64,000 nucleotides of DNA from Desulfuromonadales bacterium (GTDB taxonomy: Bacteria; Desulfobacterota; Desulfuromonadia; Desulfuromonadales; Syntrophotaleaceae): assembly GCA_013619105.1 (NCBI GenBank), contig JABXKU010000001.1:26996-90995 (forward strand), given 5' to 3'. Below the pieces are notes generated by a model. That model worked only from the letters and a program-made list of their open reading frames with translations. It ran no database searches and was not told the origin of the DNA. Shown piece by piece: positions 23,045-33,471 of this stretch. Numbering within the stretch: position 1 is the stretch's first letter; each line of letters begins with the position of its first letter. Both the position numbers and the translations under genes were made by a program.

Positions 23045-24535
23045 ATGCTGATCAGATTAATGGGGCGGTTTTTGGCCGCCTTGCTTTTGTTGAGCGCCGG
23101 GGTGCCGTCATTGCAGGCCACTACCTTGGCGCAAAAGGTTCAGGAACATACCTTTGCCAACGGTCTCAAGTTGTTGGTAGTCGAACGGCCCGGGGCACCG
23201 GTTTTCTCCGCGTATCTGACCGTCGGAGTCGGGGCGGTGCATGAGACGAGCGGTGTTCGTGGCGTTGCTCATCTGCTGGAGCATCTGCGTTTCAAGGGAA
23301 CCGAGATCATCGGCACCCAGGATTACCGCCAAGAGCAACCGCTGCTGCAGTCCATTGAGGAGGTCGGTAGCGCTCTCGATGCGTTACGCAACAAAACCTC
23401 CCCAGACGAAAAAAGCATCGCCGTCTTGGAGCAACAGTTGTCCGATCTGCAGAAGCGCCATCGGCAACTGGTAATCAAGGACGAATTCGCTCAGATTTAT
23501 GCTCGCAACGGCGCCGTCGGTTACAATGCTTTTACCAGCAAGGACTTGACTTCATACATCGTTTCTCTCCCGGCCAACAAGCTAGAACTTTGGGCCTCCT
23601 TAGAGGCCGACCGCATGCGTAACAGCGTGCTGCGTGAATTCTATACCGAGCGGGATGTGGTTAAGGAGGAGCGGCGTCGATCCTACGACAGTGATGCCGA
23701 CGGCCTGCTCTATGAATCTCTTCTGGCAACCGCTTTCACCGTTCACCCCTATCGAAATCCCATCATCGGCTGGCCCACCGATATTGCCAATCTTTCTCCG
23801 GCAGTAACCCGCACCTTTATGGAACGTTACTATAGCCCAGTCAATACGGTCATCGCTTTGGTCGGAGCGGTCGATTTCGCTCAGGCTGTGTCTCTGGTTG
23901 AGAGCTATTTTGGCTCCATACAACCCGGCACGCCGGTTCCCGAGGTCACCGCCATTGAGCCCCCCCAGCGCGGGCAAAAGCGGGTGACCGTAGAATTTGA
24001 TGCTGAACCCCGCTTGTCCGTAGCTTTTCACAAGCCAACCCTGCCGGCCCGAGATGATTATATTTTCGACGTCATTGACCATATTCTTTCCCAAGGGCGC
24101 ACCAGCCGCCTCTACCGGGCCCTGGTCTTAGAGCAACAGTTGGCCACTTCAGTAGTCAGTTATGGTGCTCCAGGCTATCGTTATCCGAACCTGTTCATCA
24201 TTAATGCGGTACCGCGCCATCCTCATACCGTCGCCGAAGTCGAAGCGGCCCTTTACGCTGAACTGCGGCGATTGGCTACCGAACCGGTGAGCGATGAGCT
24301 ATTGGTGCGGGTTCGTAATCGCTTGCGGGTCGATCATCTGCGCACTCTGCAGAGTAACGGCGGATTGGCTCGCATGCTGACTTTTCATCAAAGTGTCAGC
24401 GGCGAATGGCGCTACTTGATCGACTACGAGGAGCAGATCGCTTCCATCACCGCTGCGGAGATACAGCGCGTTGCCGCCACCTACCTGGTGCCAAGCAACC
24501 GCACTGTGGCGGTTTTGCAGAAAAAGGGAATCTGA
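23045..24535 (+). CDS. M16 (pitrilysin) family zinc peptidase, active-type subunit
   Basis: The inverted zinc motif HLLEH (HxxEH) is present, as is a signal peptide. AGAGGAG lies upstream of the ATG at 23045. Confidence 0.85.
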   Translation: MLIRLMGRFLAALLLLSAGVPSLQATTLAQKVQEHTFANGLKLLVVERPGAPVFSAYLTVGVGAVHETSGVRGVAHLLEHLRFKGTEIIGTQDYRQEQPLLQSIEEVGSALDALRNKTSPDEKSIAVLEQQLSDLQKRHRQLVIKDEFAQIYARNGAVGYNAFTSKDLTSYIVSLPANKLELWASLEADRMRNSVLREFYTERDVVKEERRRSYDSDADGLLYESLLATAFTVHPYRNPIIGWPTDIANLSPAVTRTFMERYYSPVNTVIALVGAVDFAQAVSLVESYFGSIQPGTPVPEVTAIEPPQRGQKRVTVEFDAEPRLSVAFHKPTLPARDDYIFDVIDHILSQGRTSRLYRALVLEQQLATSVVSYGAPGYRYPNLFIINAVPRHPHTVAEVEAALYAELRRLATEPVSDELLVRVRNRLRVDHLRTLQSNGGLARMLTFHQSVSGEWRYLIDYEEQIASITAAEIQRVAATYLVPSNRTVAVLQKKGI

Positions 24536-24538
24536 GCC

Positions 24539-25954
24539 ATGTCTTTGCGAATTCTTGCCCTGCTATTGATAGCGTTACTGCTGCCTGCCTGTGTCGGTCA
24601 ACGACCGCAGCCCCGTCCCGATCAGATAACTAGCTCACCATTGACCTTTGCTGTACCCCAAGTCGAACAAAGGGTTTTGGATAACGGCATGCGCCTCTAT
24701 TTAAATCCCGACCACGAGTTGCCCCTGATAAATATCTCCCTGATGATCGGCGCTGGCAGTATCGGTGAACCTGCGGCCAAAAGCGGCCTGGTTCAACTCT
24801 ATGCTGCTGCCTTACGCAGCGGCGGTGCCGGTCGGTTGTCTCCACAAGCCTTTGATGACAACCTTGAGGCTATAGCTGCCGATCTCGCCGTGAGCAGTGG
24901 CAGCTATGCGGTTTCTTGCGGTCTTTCCCTGCATCGTGATGATTTGGAACCCGGATTGGCTTTGTTCGCTGATTTGCTGCGTCGTCCCCGATTCGATGAA
25001 CAGCGGATGGAGCTGGCTCGCCGGCAGATGCTGGAAGGCATTCGGCGACAGAACGATGAACCGGGCGCTATAGCTCAACGGTATCTGCGTCGATCTCTCT
25101 ATGGTGATCATGCTCTCGGTCGTACTCCGACCCTGGATACTGTTGAGGCTATTTCTGGTAAGGACATTCTCGATTTTCATAGCCGCTATGTTCTTCCCAA
25201 CAACCTTTGGTTGGCCGTATCCGGTGATTTCGATCCGACGGAAATGGAGCTGTTGTTAGGCAAATTATTCGGTGACTGGCCGTTGCAACCCTTTGAATCG
25301 CAAGAGATCCCGCCGCTGACTGCCCCCCTAGAACCGGTTGTGCTGGCTTTGCCCAAAGAGGTTCCTCAAACCACGGTTTTGCTTGGTCAGCGGGGTATTA
25401 CCAAGGACCACCCGGACCTCTATGCCCTGAGGGTAATGAACTTTGTTCTTGGTGGAGGAGGGTTTAATTCTCGGCTGATGCGCGAGGTGCGTTCCAATCG
25501 GGGATTGGCTTATTCGGTTTATTCCTTTTTTCAGGCCGGACGCCGTTTGCCGGGATTGTTCGTTGCGGGCTGCGAGACGCGCACCGAATCCGTTGACGAA
25601 GTGGTAATATTAATGAGAGATGAGATGCGTCGTATTAGCGAAGAGCCGGTCTCTGAAGAGGAACTCAAGACCGCCCGGCAGAGTTTGATCAACTCCTTTG
25701 TTTTCGCCTTTGAAAATCCACACGAGGTGGTGAGCCAGGCTATGCGTCTCGACTTTTACGGTTACGCCGAAGATTATTTGCAGGGTTACGGCGATCGGCT
25801 TGCGGCAGTGACGGCAGATGAGGTTCTGGATGCAGCCCGTCAGCATCTGCAGTGGGATGGGCAGATGATCGTGCTGGTTGGCGAGCAGACCGGTTCGGCA
25901 CAGCCTGCAGAACGATTTGGTTTGCCGGTTGCCGGTTTACCGGACGAAGATTGA
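24539..25954 (+). CDS. M16 family peptidase-like protein, non-catalytic type (no HxxEH), lipoprotein signal
   Basis: The fold is M16-like and it is adjacent to the previous gene (3-nt gap). It carries a LLLPAC lipobox and I saw no HxxEH motif. Confidence 0.8.
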   Translation: MSLRILALLLIALLLPACVGQRPQPRPDQITSSPLTFAVPQVEQRVLDNGMRLYLNPDHELPLINISLMIGAGSIGEPAAKSGLVQLYAAALRSGGAGRLSPQAFDDNLEAIAADLAVSSGSYAVSCGLSLHRDDLEPGLALFADLLRRPRFDEQRMELARRQMLEGIRRQNDEPGAIAQRYLRRSLYGDHALGRTPTLDTVEAISGKDILDFHSRYVLPNNLWLAVSGDFDPTEMELLLGKLFGDWPLQPFESQEIPPLTAPLEPVVLALPKEVPQTTVLLGQRGITKDHPDLYALRVMNFVLGGGGFNSRLMREVRSNRGLAYSVYSFFQAGRRLPGLFVAGCETRTESVDEVVILMRDEMRRISEEPVSEEELKTARQSLINSFVFAFENPHEVVSQAMRLDFYGYAEDYLQGYGDRLAAVTADEVLDAARQHLQWDGQMIVLVGEQTGSAQPAERFGLPVAGLPDED

Positions 25955-26062
25955 GGGTATTATGATTTGGTCAAAGAATCACAGCTTGTAACAAGTGAAA
26001 AGCTTTGAGATATTTACGTTGTCCGGTTAATTCTGGCGCAACGGATTGGTTTAGGAGGGGAC

Positions 26063-27430
26063 ATGTCCGGCTTAAAGAGCAACCTTGAAAAAATCAGGAA
26101 GTTTCTGATCTACGACCTTTGGCGCATCGATCCCCATGAGTTGACTCGCTGGCGGGTATTCTGGCTGCGCCAGGCGCAGGTTTTTTGGCTGGTGATTCGG
26201 GATTTTAAGTCCGATAACTGCATGTTGCGGGCCTCGGCCCTAACCTATACGACCCTGTTGTCCATTGTGCCCCTGCTGGCGCTGATGTTTTCCCTGCTTA
26301 AAGGGTTCGGTGCACAGAATGTGCTGGAGCCCTTTCTTCTTAATAATCTGGGCATTGGCTCCCAAGATGCGATCGCTGAAATCTTCCGTTATATCGAAAA
26401 TACCCAGTTCGGGCGTCTCGGGGCTATCGGCCTGATAGTTCTGGTACTTACCGTGTTGGCTCTGCTGTCAAATATTGAAAAGAGCTTCAATCATATCTGG
26501 CGTGTCCAGGAGACCCGCACCCTGATGCGGCGTTTTGCCGATTATTTTTCGGTCGTGCTGCTCAGTCCGCTGTTGATACTGGCTGCAGTTTCCATCAGTA
26601 CCAGCCTGCAGAGCCAGACTCTGGTGCTGAAGCTGTTGGAGACGGCCTACGTCGGTGAGGCGCTCCTGCTGATCTTTAAGCTGATTCCTTTTGTGGTCAT
26701 GTGGGCAGCGTTTATCTTTCTTTACCTGTTTATGCCCAACACCCGGGTGCGTATTCAGGCCGCACTGATTGGTGGTATCGCTGGCGGTACCCTGTGGCAG
26801 TTGCTGCAGTGGGGGTATGTGCACTTTCAGGTAGGGGTGGGCAAGTACAACGCCATTTACGGCACCATGGCCGCTCTGCCAATCTTTATTGTTTGGCTCT
26901 ATCTGTCTTGGATGATCGTGTTGTTTGGTGTCGAGCTGACCTATGCAGTTCAGAACATTGGCACAATGCGCCAGGACCTGGGGACGGATAAGATCAACTT
27001 TGCCTGCCGGCAACGGTTGGCGCTGACGATCCTGATGTTGACCGGTGAGGCCTTCTATCGCGGTGAACCGGCCTGGAGCCGCGAGCAAATCGGCGAACAC
27101 CTGAAGCTGCCGCCGCGGGTGGTCAGTGAGCTACTCGACGACATGGTGCGCCTCAGTCTGATGACGGTGTTGTGTGACGAGGGAGGAGAATGCCTGCGCT
27201 ATCAGCCGGGTCGCGCGTTGGATGCCCTGATTGTGCAGGATTTGTTTCAGGAACTGCGAGAAGATGGGGCCAGTTATCCTCAAAACTTTCGTTTGCCGAC
27301 TCGGGAGCTGGTCAGCGACCTGGAAATGGAGATGCAGAAGGCCGAACAGGGGGTTTTGGGAGTGTTAACGGTGCAGGATCTGGTGTTGCAGCGCGTTGCA
27401 GCCAAAGGCAAAGAGGAAGCTCAAGGGTAG
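26063..27430 (+). CDS. YihY/BrkB family membrane protein with a ~150-aa C-terminal cytoplasmic extension
   Basis: The N-terminal region is ..LRASALTYTTLLSIVPLLAL.., and six TM segments are present. TAGGAGGGG is the RBS. Confidence 0.8.
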   Translation: MSGLKSNLEKIRKFLIYDLWRIDPHELTRWRVFWLRQAQVFWLVIRDFKSDNCMLRASALTYTTLLSIVPLLALMFSLLKGFGAQNVLEPFLLNNLGIGSQDAIAEIFRYIENTQFGRLGAIGLIVLVLTVLALLSNIEKSFNHIWRVQETRTLMRRFADYFSVVLLSPLLILAAVSISTSLQSQTLVLKLLETAYVGEALLLIFKLIPFVVMWAAFIFLYLFMPNTRVRIQAALIGGIAGGTLWQLLQWGYVHFQVGVGKYNAIYGTMAALPIFIVWLYLSWMIVLFGVELTYAVQNIGTMRQDLGTDKINFACRQRLALTILMLTGEAFYRGEPAWSREQIGEHLKLPPRVVSELLDDMVRLSLMTVLCDEGGECLRYQPGRALDALIVQDLFQELREDGASYPQNFRLPTRELVSDLEMEMQKAEQGVLGVLTVQDLVLQRVAAKGKEEAQG

Positions 27431-27450
27431 GCTGGAGAACCCGGGATGAG

Positions 27451-28158
27451 TCAGGCCCGTTTCAGAGCGAAGGCGCCGTTTTCAAAGACGGCGTAAGAGT
27501 CCTGTTCGATCCAGTCACCGAGACAGATCAGCAGTTTGCCATCGAGTTGGCGATAGAGGGGGATATGAAAGTGGCCGATGAGGACGGCATCGTAACCTTC
27601 TGCAAACCGTTCACGGGCAAAGTTCTGGAGTAGTTCTTCGGGCAGATAACGCTGGCTGGCCTTTTTGCGGCGACTGCTCTGATGGCTAGCCCAGCGAGAC
27701 ACTCCCCAGGCCCAGTCCGGTGGCACCAGCGGTAAGAGCAGGCGGCTCAGGCGGCAGCGAAGGAAGCTGCGAAGCAGCCGGTAACCCCGGTCGGCGGGAT
27801 TGACCAGGTCACCGTGGGCGATGAATACCCGTTTCCCGTCCAGCTCCAGAGCGCCACCATCGGGCAGAATGCGGCACTTGAGGGTTTCACTGAAATAGGG
27901 ACCGAGATGAAAGTCGTGATTACCCTCGACGAAGATCAATTCGGTGCCGCTTTCACGCTGCAGGCGCAGTTCTTCAAGTAGCGGTATAAAGGGGGCGAAC
28001 ACCGTATGCCGGTAACCGAGCCAGAACTCGAAGATGTCACCGAGCATGACCAAGTGTCGTATGGTACCCCGTTGCTGCCTTAAAAAGGTCAGCAAACGCT
28101 TATAGTTATCGTCTGCGGGATCAAGTAAGTGGGCGTCTGCGAGAAAGATGTCTTTCAT
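27451..28158 (-). CDS. lpxH: UDP-2,3-diacylglucosamine diphosphatase (LpxH-type metallophosphoesterase)
   Basis: Motifs FLADAHL, LGDIFEFW, GNHDF, AHGD and GHFH are present, in the order typical of LpxH. The start at 28158 is preferred. Confidence 0.8.
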   Translation of the reverse strand: MKDIFLADAHLLDPADDNYKRLLTFLRQQRGTIRHLVMLGDIFEFWLGYRHTVFAPFIPLLEELRLQRESGTELIFVEGNHDFHLGPYFSETLKCRILPDGGALELDGKRVFIAHGDLVNPADRGYRLLRSFLRCRLSRLLLPLVPPDWAWGVSRWASHQSSRRKKASQRYLPEELLQNFARERFAEGYDAVLIGHFHIPLYRQLDGKLLICLGDWIEQDSYAVFENGAFALKRA

Positions 28159-28264
28159 GGGGCCAAATATAGAAGTGGCTCGAACCAAAGTCAAGCAAGA
28201 CTCTGATGCTTCGCTATGATTGTGGTCATGCCGCCCACACGGCTTATTAATGGAGGAAATGGTA

Positions 28265-29077
28265 ATGTTGGAAGCTTTGGCTGAGTTTCATCCGATAATG
28301 CAGGCTTTTTTCGCAACCTGTTTCACCTGGGGTGTCACCTCCCTTGGGGCGAGCGCTGTTTTCCTTGCCCAGCAACCGAGCCGCAAGTTGCTCGATGGAA
28401 TGCTCGGTTTTGCTGCCGGGGTCATGATTGCCGCCAGTTACTGGTCGTTGTTGGCACCGTCCATCGTGCTGTCCGAAGAGATGGGCTATGTGGCCTGGGT
28501 GCCGCCGGCCATCGGTTTTCTGGCTGGGGGCCTGTTTTTACGGGGACTAGACTATGTCTTGCCCCACTTGCATCGCGGACTGCCCCGTAGCGCGGCCGAG
28601 GGTCCGCCCACCGATTTGCCACGCAGCACCCTGTTTGTTCTCGCAGTGACCCTGCACAACATTCCAGAAGGGCTGGCAGTTGGCGTGGCTTTCGGCGCGG
28701 TAGCGGCCGGTTTGCCGGGGGCCACCATGGCAGGAGCGGTCGCCCTGGCCCTGGGCATCGGTTTGCAGAATTTTCCCGAAGGGGTGGCCGTATCCCTGCC
28801 ACTGCGCCGTGACGGTTTGTCCGTTGGGAAAAGTTTTTGGTATGGACAGCTCTCCGGTTTTGTTGAGGTGATTGCCGGTGTCCTCGGTGCAGCTCTGGTT
28901 CTGCTGGCTCGTCCGATCTTGCCCTATGCCTTAGCTTTTGCCGCTGGGGCGATGATCTTTGTTGTTATCGAAGAGGCTATTCCTGAAACTCAGCAAGGCG
29001 AGAATGGCGATTTCGCAACCCTCTGTGCCATGATCGGTTTTGTGGTAATGATGAGCCTCGATGTCGGCCTGGGATAA
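28265..29077 (+). CDS. ZIP family divalent-metal transporter (ZupT-like)
   Basis: A polytopic protein with [10 protein letters not shown] and QNFPEGVAV motifs. The ATG at 28265 lies 7 nt after GGAGGA. Confidence 0.85.
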   Translation: MLEALAEFHPIMQAFFATCFTWGVTSLGASAVFLAQQPSRKLLDGMLGFAAGVMIAASYWSLLAPSIVLSEEMGYVAWVPPAIGFLAGGLFLRGLDYVLPHLHRGLPRSAAEGPPTDLPRSTLFVLAVTLHNIPEGLAVGVAFGAVAAGLPGATMAGAVALALGIGLQNFPEGVAVSLPLRRDGLSVGKSFWYGQLSGFVEVIAGVLGAALVLLARPILPYALAFAAGAMIFVVIEEAIPETQQGENGDFATLCAMIGFVVMMSLDVGLG

Positions 29078-29156
29078 CTCAACGGTTCGTCCATTCGTGG
29101 ACTCCATCATTTGTTTTCCGATGGCTGTTTGCTTCAGCAGGCGATACTAAATAGGT

Positions 29157-29192
29157 AAAAAGCCGGCAGGCGCTGAACCTGCCGGCTTTTTT
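29157..29192 (+). terminator. intrinsic terminator after the ZIP transporter gene
   Basis: AGCCGGCAGG (29161-29170) pairs with CCTGCCGGCT (29178-29187), followed by TTTTT and preceded by AAAA. Confidence 0.8.
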
Positions 29193-30247
29193 GTGGGTCG
29201 GTTTGGGTCGTTTGTAGATCACCACACTGTTTATTAGAAGTGCAAAGCTGATATTCCCTGTTACTTTATTAAAGAGGCTGCAACGGACTACTTTAATCGG
29301 TGGCCAATGTGTCACCGATTGCCTGTGGACGGTGTTGTCCGGCTAGGGGATTGGCCATAAAGACCCAAAAAATGCCGTGGTCAACCTAGTGTTGCAAATT
29401 TTTAAAGGGTCTTCTGTTACTGGTCTTCCTGTGCAGGGGGCCAGCCCAAATACTACTTGTCTTTGATTTTTAGAAATGCTTGTCTCTGTGTTGTGGTTAT
29501 GAAAGTGCCGTAAAAGCAGGACCTTGCAGTGTGTTCCTCAGAGTTTTTATTAACTGAATACGTCGTGCTAATTGCTTCAATCGACCTTTTTCTACGGCCT
29601 TTGTCTTACGCTCGAATGTTTTTGTTACATAACGTAATTAAAACGTTATCAAGGAAATTGTTCAAGAAAGTGAAGCTCGGTATTGGGCCATCGTTGAAAA
29701 TCGGATAGAACTTGTTTGTCGCCACCCGATGCAGGGAACGCTGACTGTCGTCAATGAGACTTAGTGCCGTTACTTTGGCCGGTTAAGTCCCTGGGGATCA
29801 TGGTCTATGGCTGTGGAAGCATCGAAAACTGCTGGGTGAAGAAGGGCGGACAGGTTGTGGATATCTTGTTGAGGTTAAGTCTAATCGATTCCCTGGATCC
29901 AGCAGCCGGGATAATCTGGTTCGCCATGGATATTCCATGCAAAAACAAGTATGTCGTGGTCCTGAAAAAGCGCTGCAACGACTGTAGGACCGCCTTTTAC
30001 AGTACCAACATTTAGGGTGCTCGTAATTATCCACGTCGTGTTTAACTGGGAGTTAATTGTGCAATTTTCAAAGAAGCATATTTGCAAAACAGGAGAATGG
30101 ATAATATAGATCTTCGCTGTAAGTGTTTTACTATTGTTGGGTGTCTGCTGGTTGGTCTAGCCCCTTTAATAGCGTTGTTCAGCAGGCAAGCTGCTTTCTT
30201 GATCAATCCGGAGTTTGACATTGCTTTTATGATGACAGGGACATGCT

Positions 30248-31246
30248 ATGGATGCTCGTAAATTTCGCGCGTTGGTTGTTGAAGAAAATGTCGATGGTGT
30301 TTTCACTCGAACCGTTAGAGAGCGGTATATATCCGAGTTACCGGCCGGTGAGGTGTTGATTCGGGTGGAGTACTCTTCCTTGAACTATAAGGATGCTCTT
30401 TCCGCGAGTGGTAACCGAGGTGTTACGCGAAACTATCCCCATACCCCAGGTATTGACGCCGCCGGGACTATCGTAGCAAGTACGGTCGAAGAAGTACGGC
30501 CTGGGGATACCGTTATCGTAACGAGTTACGATTTAGGCATGAACACATCGGGCGGATTTGGCCAGTATATTCGAGTTCCGGCTTGTTGGGTTATTCCGTT
30601 GCCCAGCGGATTGACCCTTAAGGAGAGTATGATTCTGGGAACCGCTGGTCTTACTGCCGGTCTGTCAGTTTCAAAAGTTGTAGCAGGTGTTTCACCGGAG
30701 GAAGGGCCTGTTTTAGTGACCGGCGCGACGGGTGGTGTTGGAAGTGTAGCGGTCGCTATTTTGGCCAAGCTCGGCTATGAGGTTATCGCCGTTTCTGGTA
30801 AAGCCGACGCCGAGACATATCTGAAAGGTCTGGGTGCCAAAGAGGTGATCGATCGCGGGCAGTTGACCGACCAATGTGCCCGACCTTTATTGAAAGTTCG
30901 CTGGGCCGGGGTCATCGATACCGTGGGTGGTGATATGCTGGCTGCGGCTATCAAATCTACGCAGCCTGGCGGGATTGTGACCTGTTGCGGAAATGTCGCT
31001 TCTGCCGAACTCAACCTGACCGTTTACCCCTTTATTTTGCGAGGCATCACCCTGTGCGGTATCGATTCGCAGGGTTGCCCCATGAAGCTGCGTCAAAAGG
31101 TATGGGCTAAACTAGCTGATGCCTGGAAGTTCGACGCAATGGAGAGGCTTTGTCACGTGAGCACCCTTGAGGAACTTTCCGACCATATTGATGCTATGCT
31201 GCAAGGACAACGTAAAGGCCGCACCCTGGTCGATTTGACCGGTTAA
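30248..31246 (+). CDS. YhdH/YhfP-type NADPH:quinone/acryloyl-CoA reductase (MDR superfamily)
   Basis: Family-typical segments are LIRVEYSSLNYKDALSASG, PHTPGIDAAG and VTGATGGVGS. Confidence 0.85.
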   Translation: MDARKFRALVVEENVDGVFTRTVRERYISELPAGEVLIRVEYSSLNYKDALSASGNRGVTRNYPHTPGIDAAGTIVASTVEEVRPGDTVIVTSYDLGMNTSGGFGQYIRVPACWVIPLPSGLTLKESMILGTAGLTAGLSVSKVVAGVSPEEGPVLVTGATGGVGSVAVAILAKLGYEVIAVSGKADAETYLKGLGAKEVIDRGQLTDQCARPLLKVRWAGVIDTVGGDMLAAAIKSTQPGGIVTCCGNVASAELNLTVYPFILRGITLCGIDSQGCPMKLRQKVWAKLADAWKFDAMERLCHVSTLEELSDHIDAMLQGQRKGRTLVDLTG

Positions 31247-31302
31247 GGGAATCGGCAGGCTTCTGACAGTGGTATCTTGTTCCTGTAAGGGGAGAAATCT
31301 AT

Positions 31303-31866
31303 ATGAGTGTTATCGATACATCCCAGTTGATGAAGTTTCAATCCGATGCGAGGAATCTGCTTGACCGGGCTGGTCCCGGTCGCCCTTTGTTCTCAAGCCA
31401 GGAACTGCCCCCTAGGACAGCCGACGACCGAGTGACCATTGGACAGTCGAATGCTGAAGTGGTTACTTATAGTGATGGGGTGCGTCAAGACACGACAGAG
31501 TCACCTTACGAAGTACTGCGAAGTCGTCTTGTCGCTCTGCTACAGGAGCAAGGGGTCGCTGTAGAGTTATCGACTGGTAGTAGTGAAATCGATATTTCTA
31601 GCCTCTCTACTGAAGAAGCTCAGGCACTAGTCGCCGAAGATGGCTATTTCGGCGTTGAACAGACCTCGGAGCGGATTTTTCAATTTGCTGTTGGTTTAGC
31701 CGGTAACGATCCGTCCCGACGGGAGGAAATTCTACGGGGTATCGAAGATGGCTTTGCCGAGGCGGAGCAGGCCTGGGGGGGGAAGCTTCCGGAGATTTCT
31801 TATCAGACTCAGGATGCAATTATGAATAAGATTGATCATTGGCTCGAAGGGGCTGCGACGGCCTGA
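31303..31866 (+). CDS. hypothetical protein (possibly DUF5610-like)
   Basis: 187-aa ORF with AAGGGGAG as RBS. The C-terminal segment [32 protein letters not shown] resembles that family as I recall it; this is unverified. Confidence 0.5.
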   Translation: MSVIDTSQLMKFQSDARNLLDRAGPGRPLFSSQELPPRTADDRVTIGQSNAEVVTYSDGVRQDTTESPYEVLRSRLVALLQEQGVAVELSTGSSEIDISSLSTEEAQALVAEDGYFGVEQTSERIFQFAVGLAGNDPSRREEILRGIEDGFAEAEQAWGGKLPEISYQTQDAIMNKIDHWLEGAATA

Positions 31867-31877
31867 CAGGTGACCTA

Positions 31878-33389
31878 ATGGATAACGGTTACGTATTGGC
31901 CATCGACCAGGGGACTACGGGCTCGACGGTGTTGATTTTTAATCAGGCCGGAGAGGTATGCGGCCGAGCGAGTGCCGAGATTACCCAGTATTACCCGCAG
32001 CCAGGCTGGGTGGAGCACGATCCGCAGGAGATCTGGTCGGTCACCCTTGATGTGGTAGGGGCAGCTCTTGACCAGGCCAAGGCTAAACCCGGTGATGTGC
32101 GGGCTATTGGTATTACCAATCAACGGGAGACCTCCCTGTTATGGGACCGGCACAGCGGTTTACCGGTAACGCGGGCCGTGGTCTGGCAAGACCGTCGTAC
32201 TGCCCACCTTTGTGATGAACTTAAGCAGGAAGGGCTGGAGCCTCTCTGGCAGGAAAAGACCGGCCTGCTTATCGACCCCTATTTTTCCGCCACCAAGGTC
32301 CATTGGTTGCTCGATCAGAGCGCCGACTTGCGCTTACGAGCCTCCGCCGGTGAGATTGCCTTCGGCACCGTCGATAGTTGGTTGGTCTGGAAGCTAACCG
32401 GCGGCCGCTGCCACGTCACCGACTATTCCAACGCTTCCCGCACTATGCTGTTCAATATCCATGAGCTCGATTGGGACGATGATATTCTCGTGCGGTTGGA
32501 TATTCCTCGGGCTATGCTGCCGACCGTCAAGCCGTCGTCCTATATCTATGGTGAAACGGACCCTAAAGCCTTTTTAGGCCATCGAGTGCCGATTGCCGGT
32601 ATTGCCGGCGATCAGCAAGCGGCTTTATTCGGCCAGGCCTGTTATCGGCCGGGACTGGCCAAGACCACCTATGGCACCGGCTCTTTTTTGCTGATGAACA
32701 CCGGTCGTAAGCCTGTGGCCAGTCGGCAACGATTGTTGACCACCATTGCCTGGGGAATAGGCGACGAACCGGTCGAGTATGCCTTGGAAGGTTCGATATT
32801 TATTACGGGAGCGGCACTTCAGTGGTTGCGGGACGGTCTGGGGATTATTTCCAGCGCCGCTGAAAGCGAGCAATTGGCGGCCTCTCTGCCTGGCAATGAC
32901 GATGTCTACTTTGTCCCGGGCTTGACCGGCTTGGGAGCGCCCCACTGGGATGCCTATGCCAGGGGCATGATCATCGGTCTAACCCGAGGTAGCACAAAGG
33001 CTCACCTGGCCCGGGCCGCTCTCGAGAGCATTGCTTATCAGACCCGTGATGTGGTCGACGCCATGAGTCGAGAATCGGGTATTGAACTACGAGAACTCCG
33101 TGCTGATGGTGGCGCGGTGGCTAATCGCTTTCTCATGCAATTTCAGGCCGATGTACTTGGGGTCCCGGTGGAAATTCCTTCCATTATCGAAACGACAGCA
33201 CAGGGGGCCGCTTACTTAGCCGGCCTGGCGGTCGGTTTCTGGTCGAGTCGCGAAGAGTTGGCGGAACGGTGGCAATTGGCTTGGCGCTATGAACCGCAAA
33301 TGGCACAAGCTCAACGGGACCATTTGCATAAACGCTGGAAGCAGGCGGTGAATCGTTCGCTGGGATGGGCGGAGGATCTCAAAGAATAA
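31878..33389 (+). CDS. glpK: glycerol kinase
   Basis: [29 protein letters not shown] and the FGGY C-terminal motifs are present. The ATG is at 31878. Confidence 0.95.
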   Translation: MDNGYVLAIDQGTTGSTVLIFNQAGEVCGRASAEITQYYPQPGWVEHDPQEIWSVTLDVVGAALDQAKAKPGDVRAIGITNQRETSLLWDRHSGLPVTRAVVWQDRRTAHLCDELKQEGLEPLWQEKTGLLIDPYFSATKVHWLLDQSADLRLRASAGEIAFGTVDSWLVWKLTGGRCHVTDYSNASRTMLFNIHELDWDDDILVRLDIPRAMLPTVKPSSYIYGETDPKAFLGHRVPIAGIAGDQQAALFGQACYRPGLAKTTYGTGSFLLMNTGRKPVASRQRLLTTIAWGIGDEPVEYALEGSIFITGAALQWLRDGLGIISSAAESEQLAASLPGNDDVYFVPGLTGLGAPHWDAYARGMIIGLTRGSTKAHLARAALESIAYQTRDVVDAMSRESGIELRELRADGGAVANRFLMQFQADVLGVPVEIPSIIETTAQGAAYLAGLAVGFWSSREELAERWQLAWRYEPQMAQAQRDHLHKRWKQAVNRSLGWAEDLKE

Positions 33390-33471
33390 GGCTCAGGAAG
33401 GTAGGTATGGGATTGGCAAGGAGATTCGAGATTTTGACAGCAATCATTGTCACTGATGTAACAATAGATGT

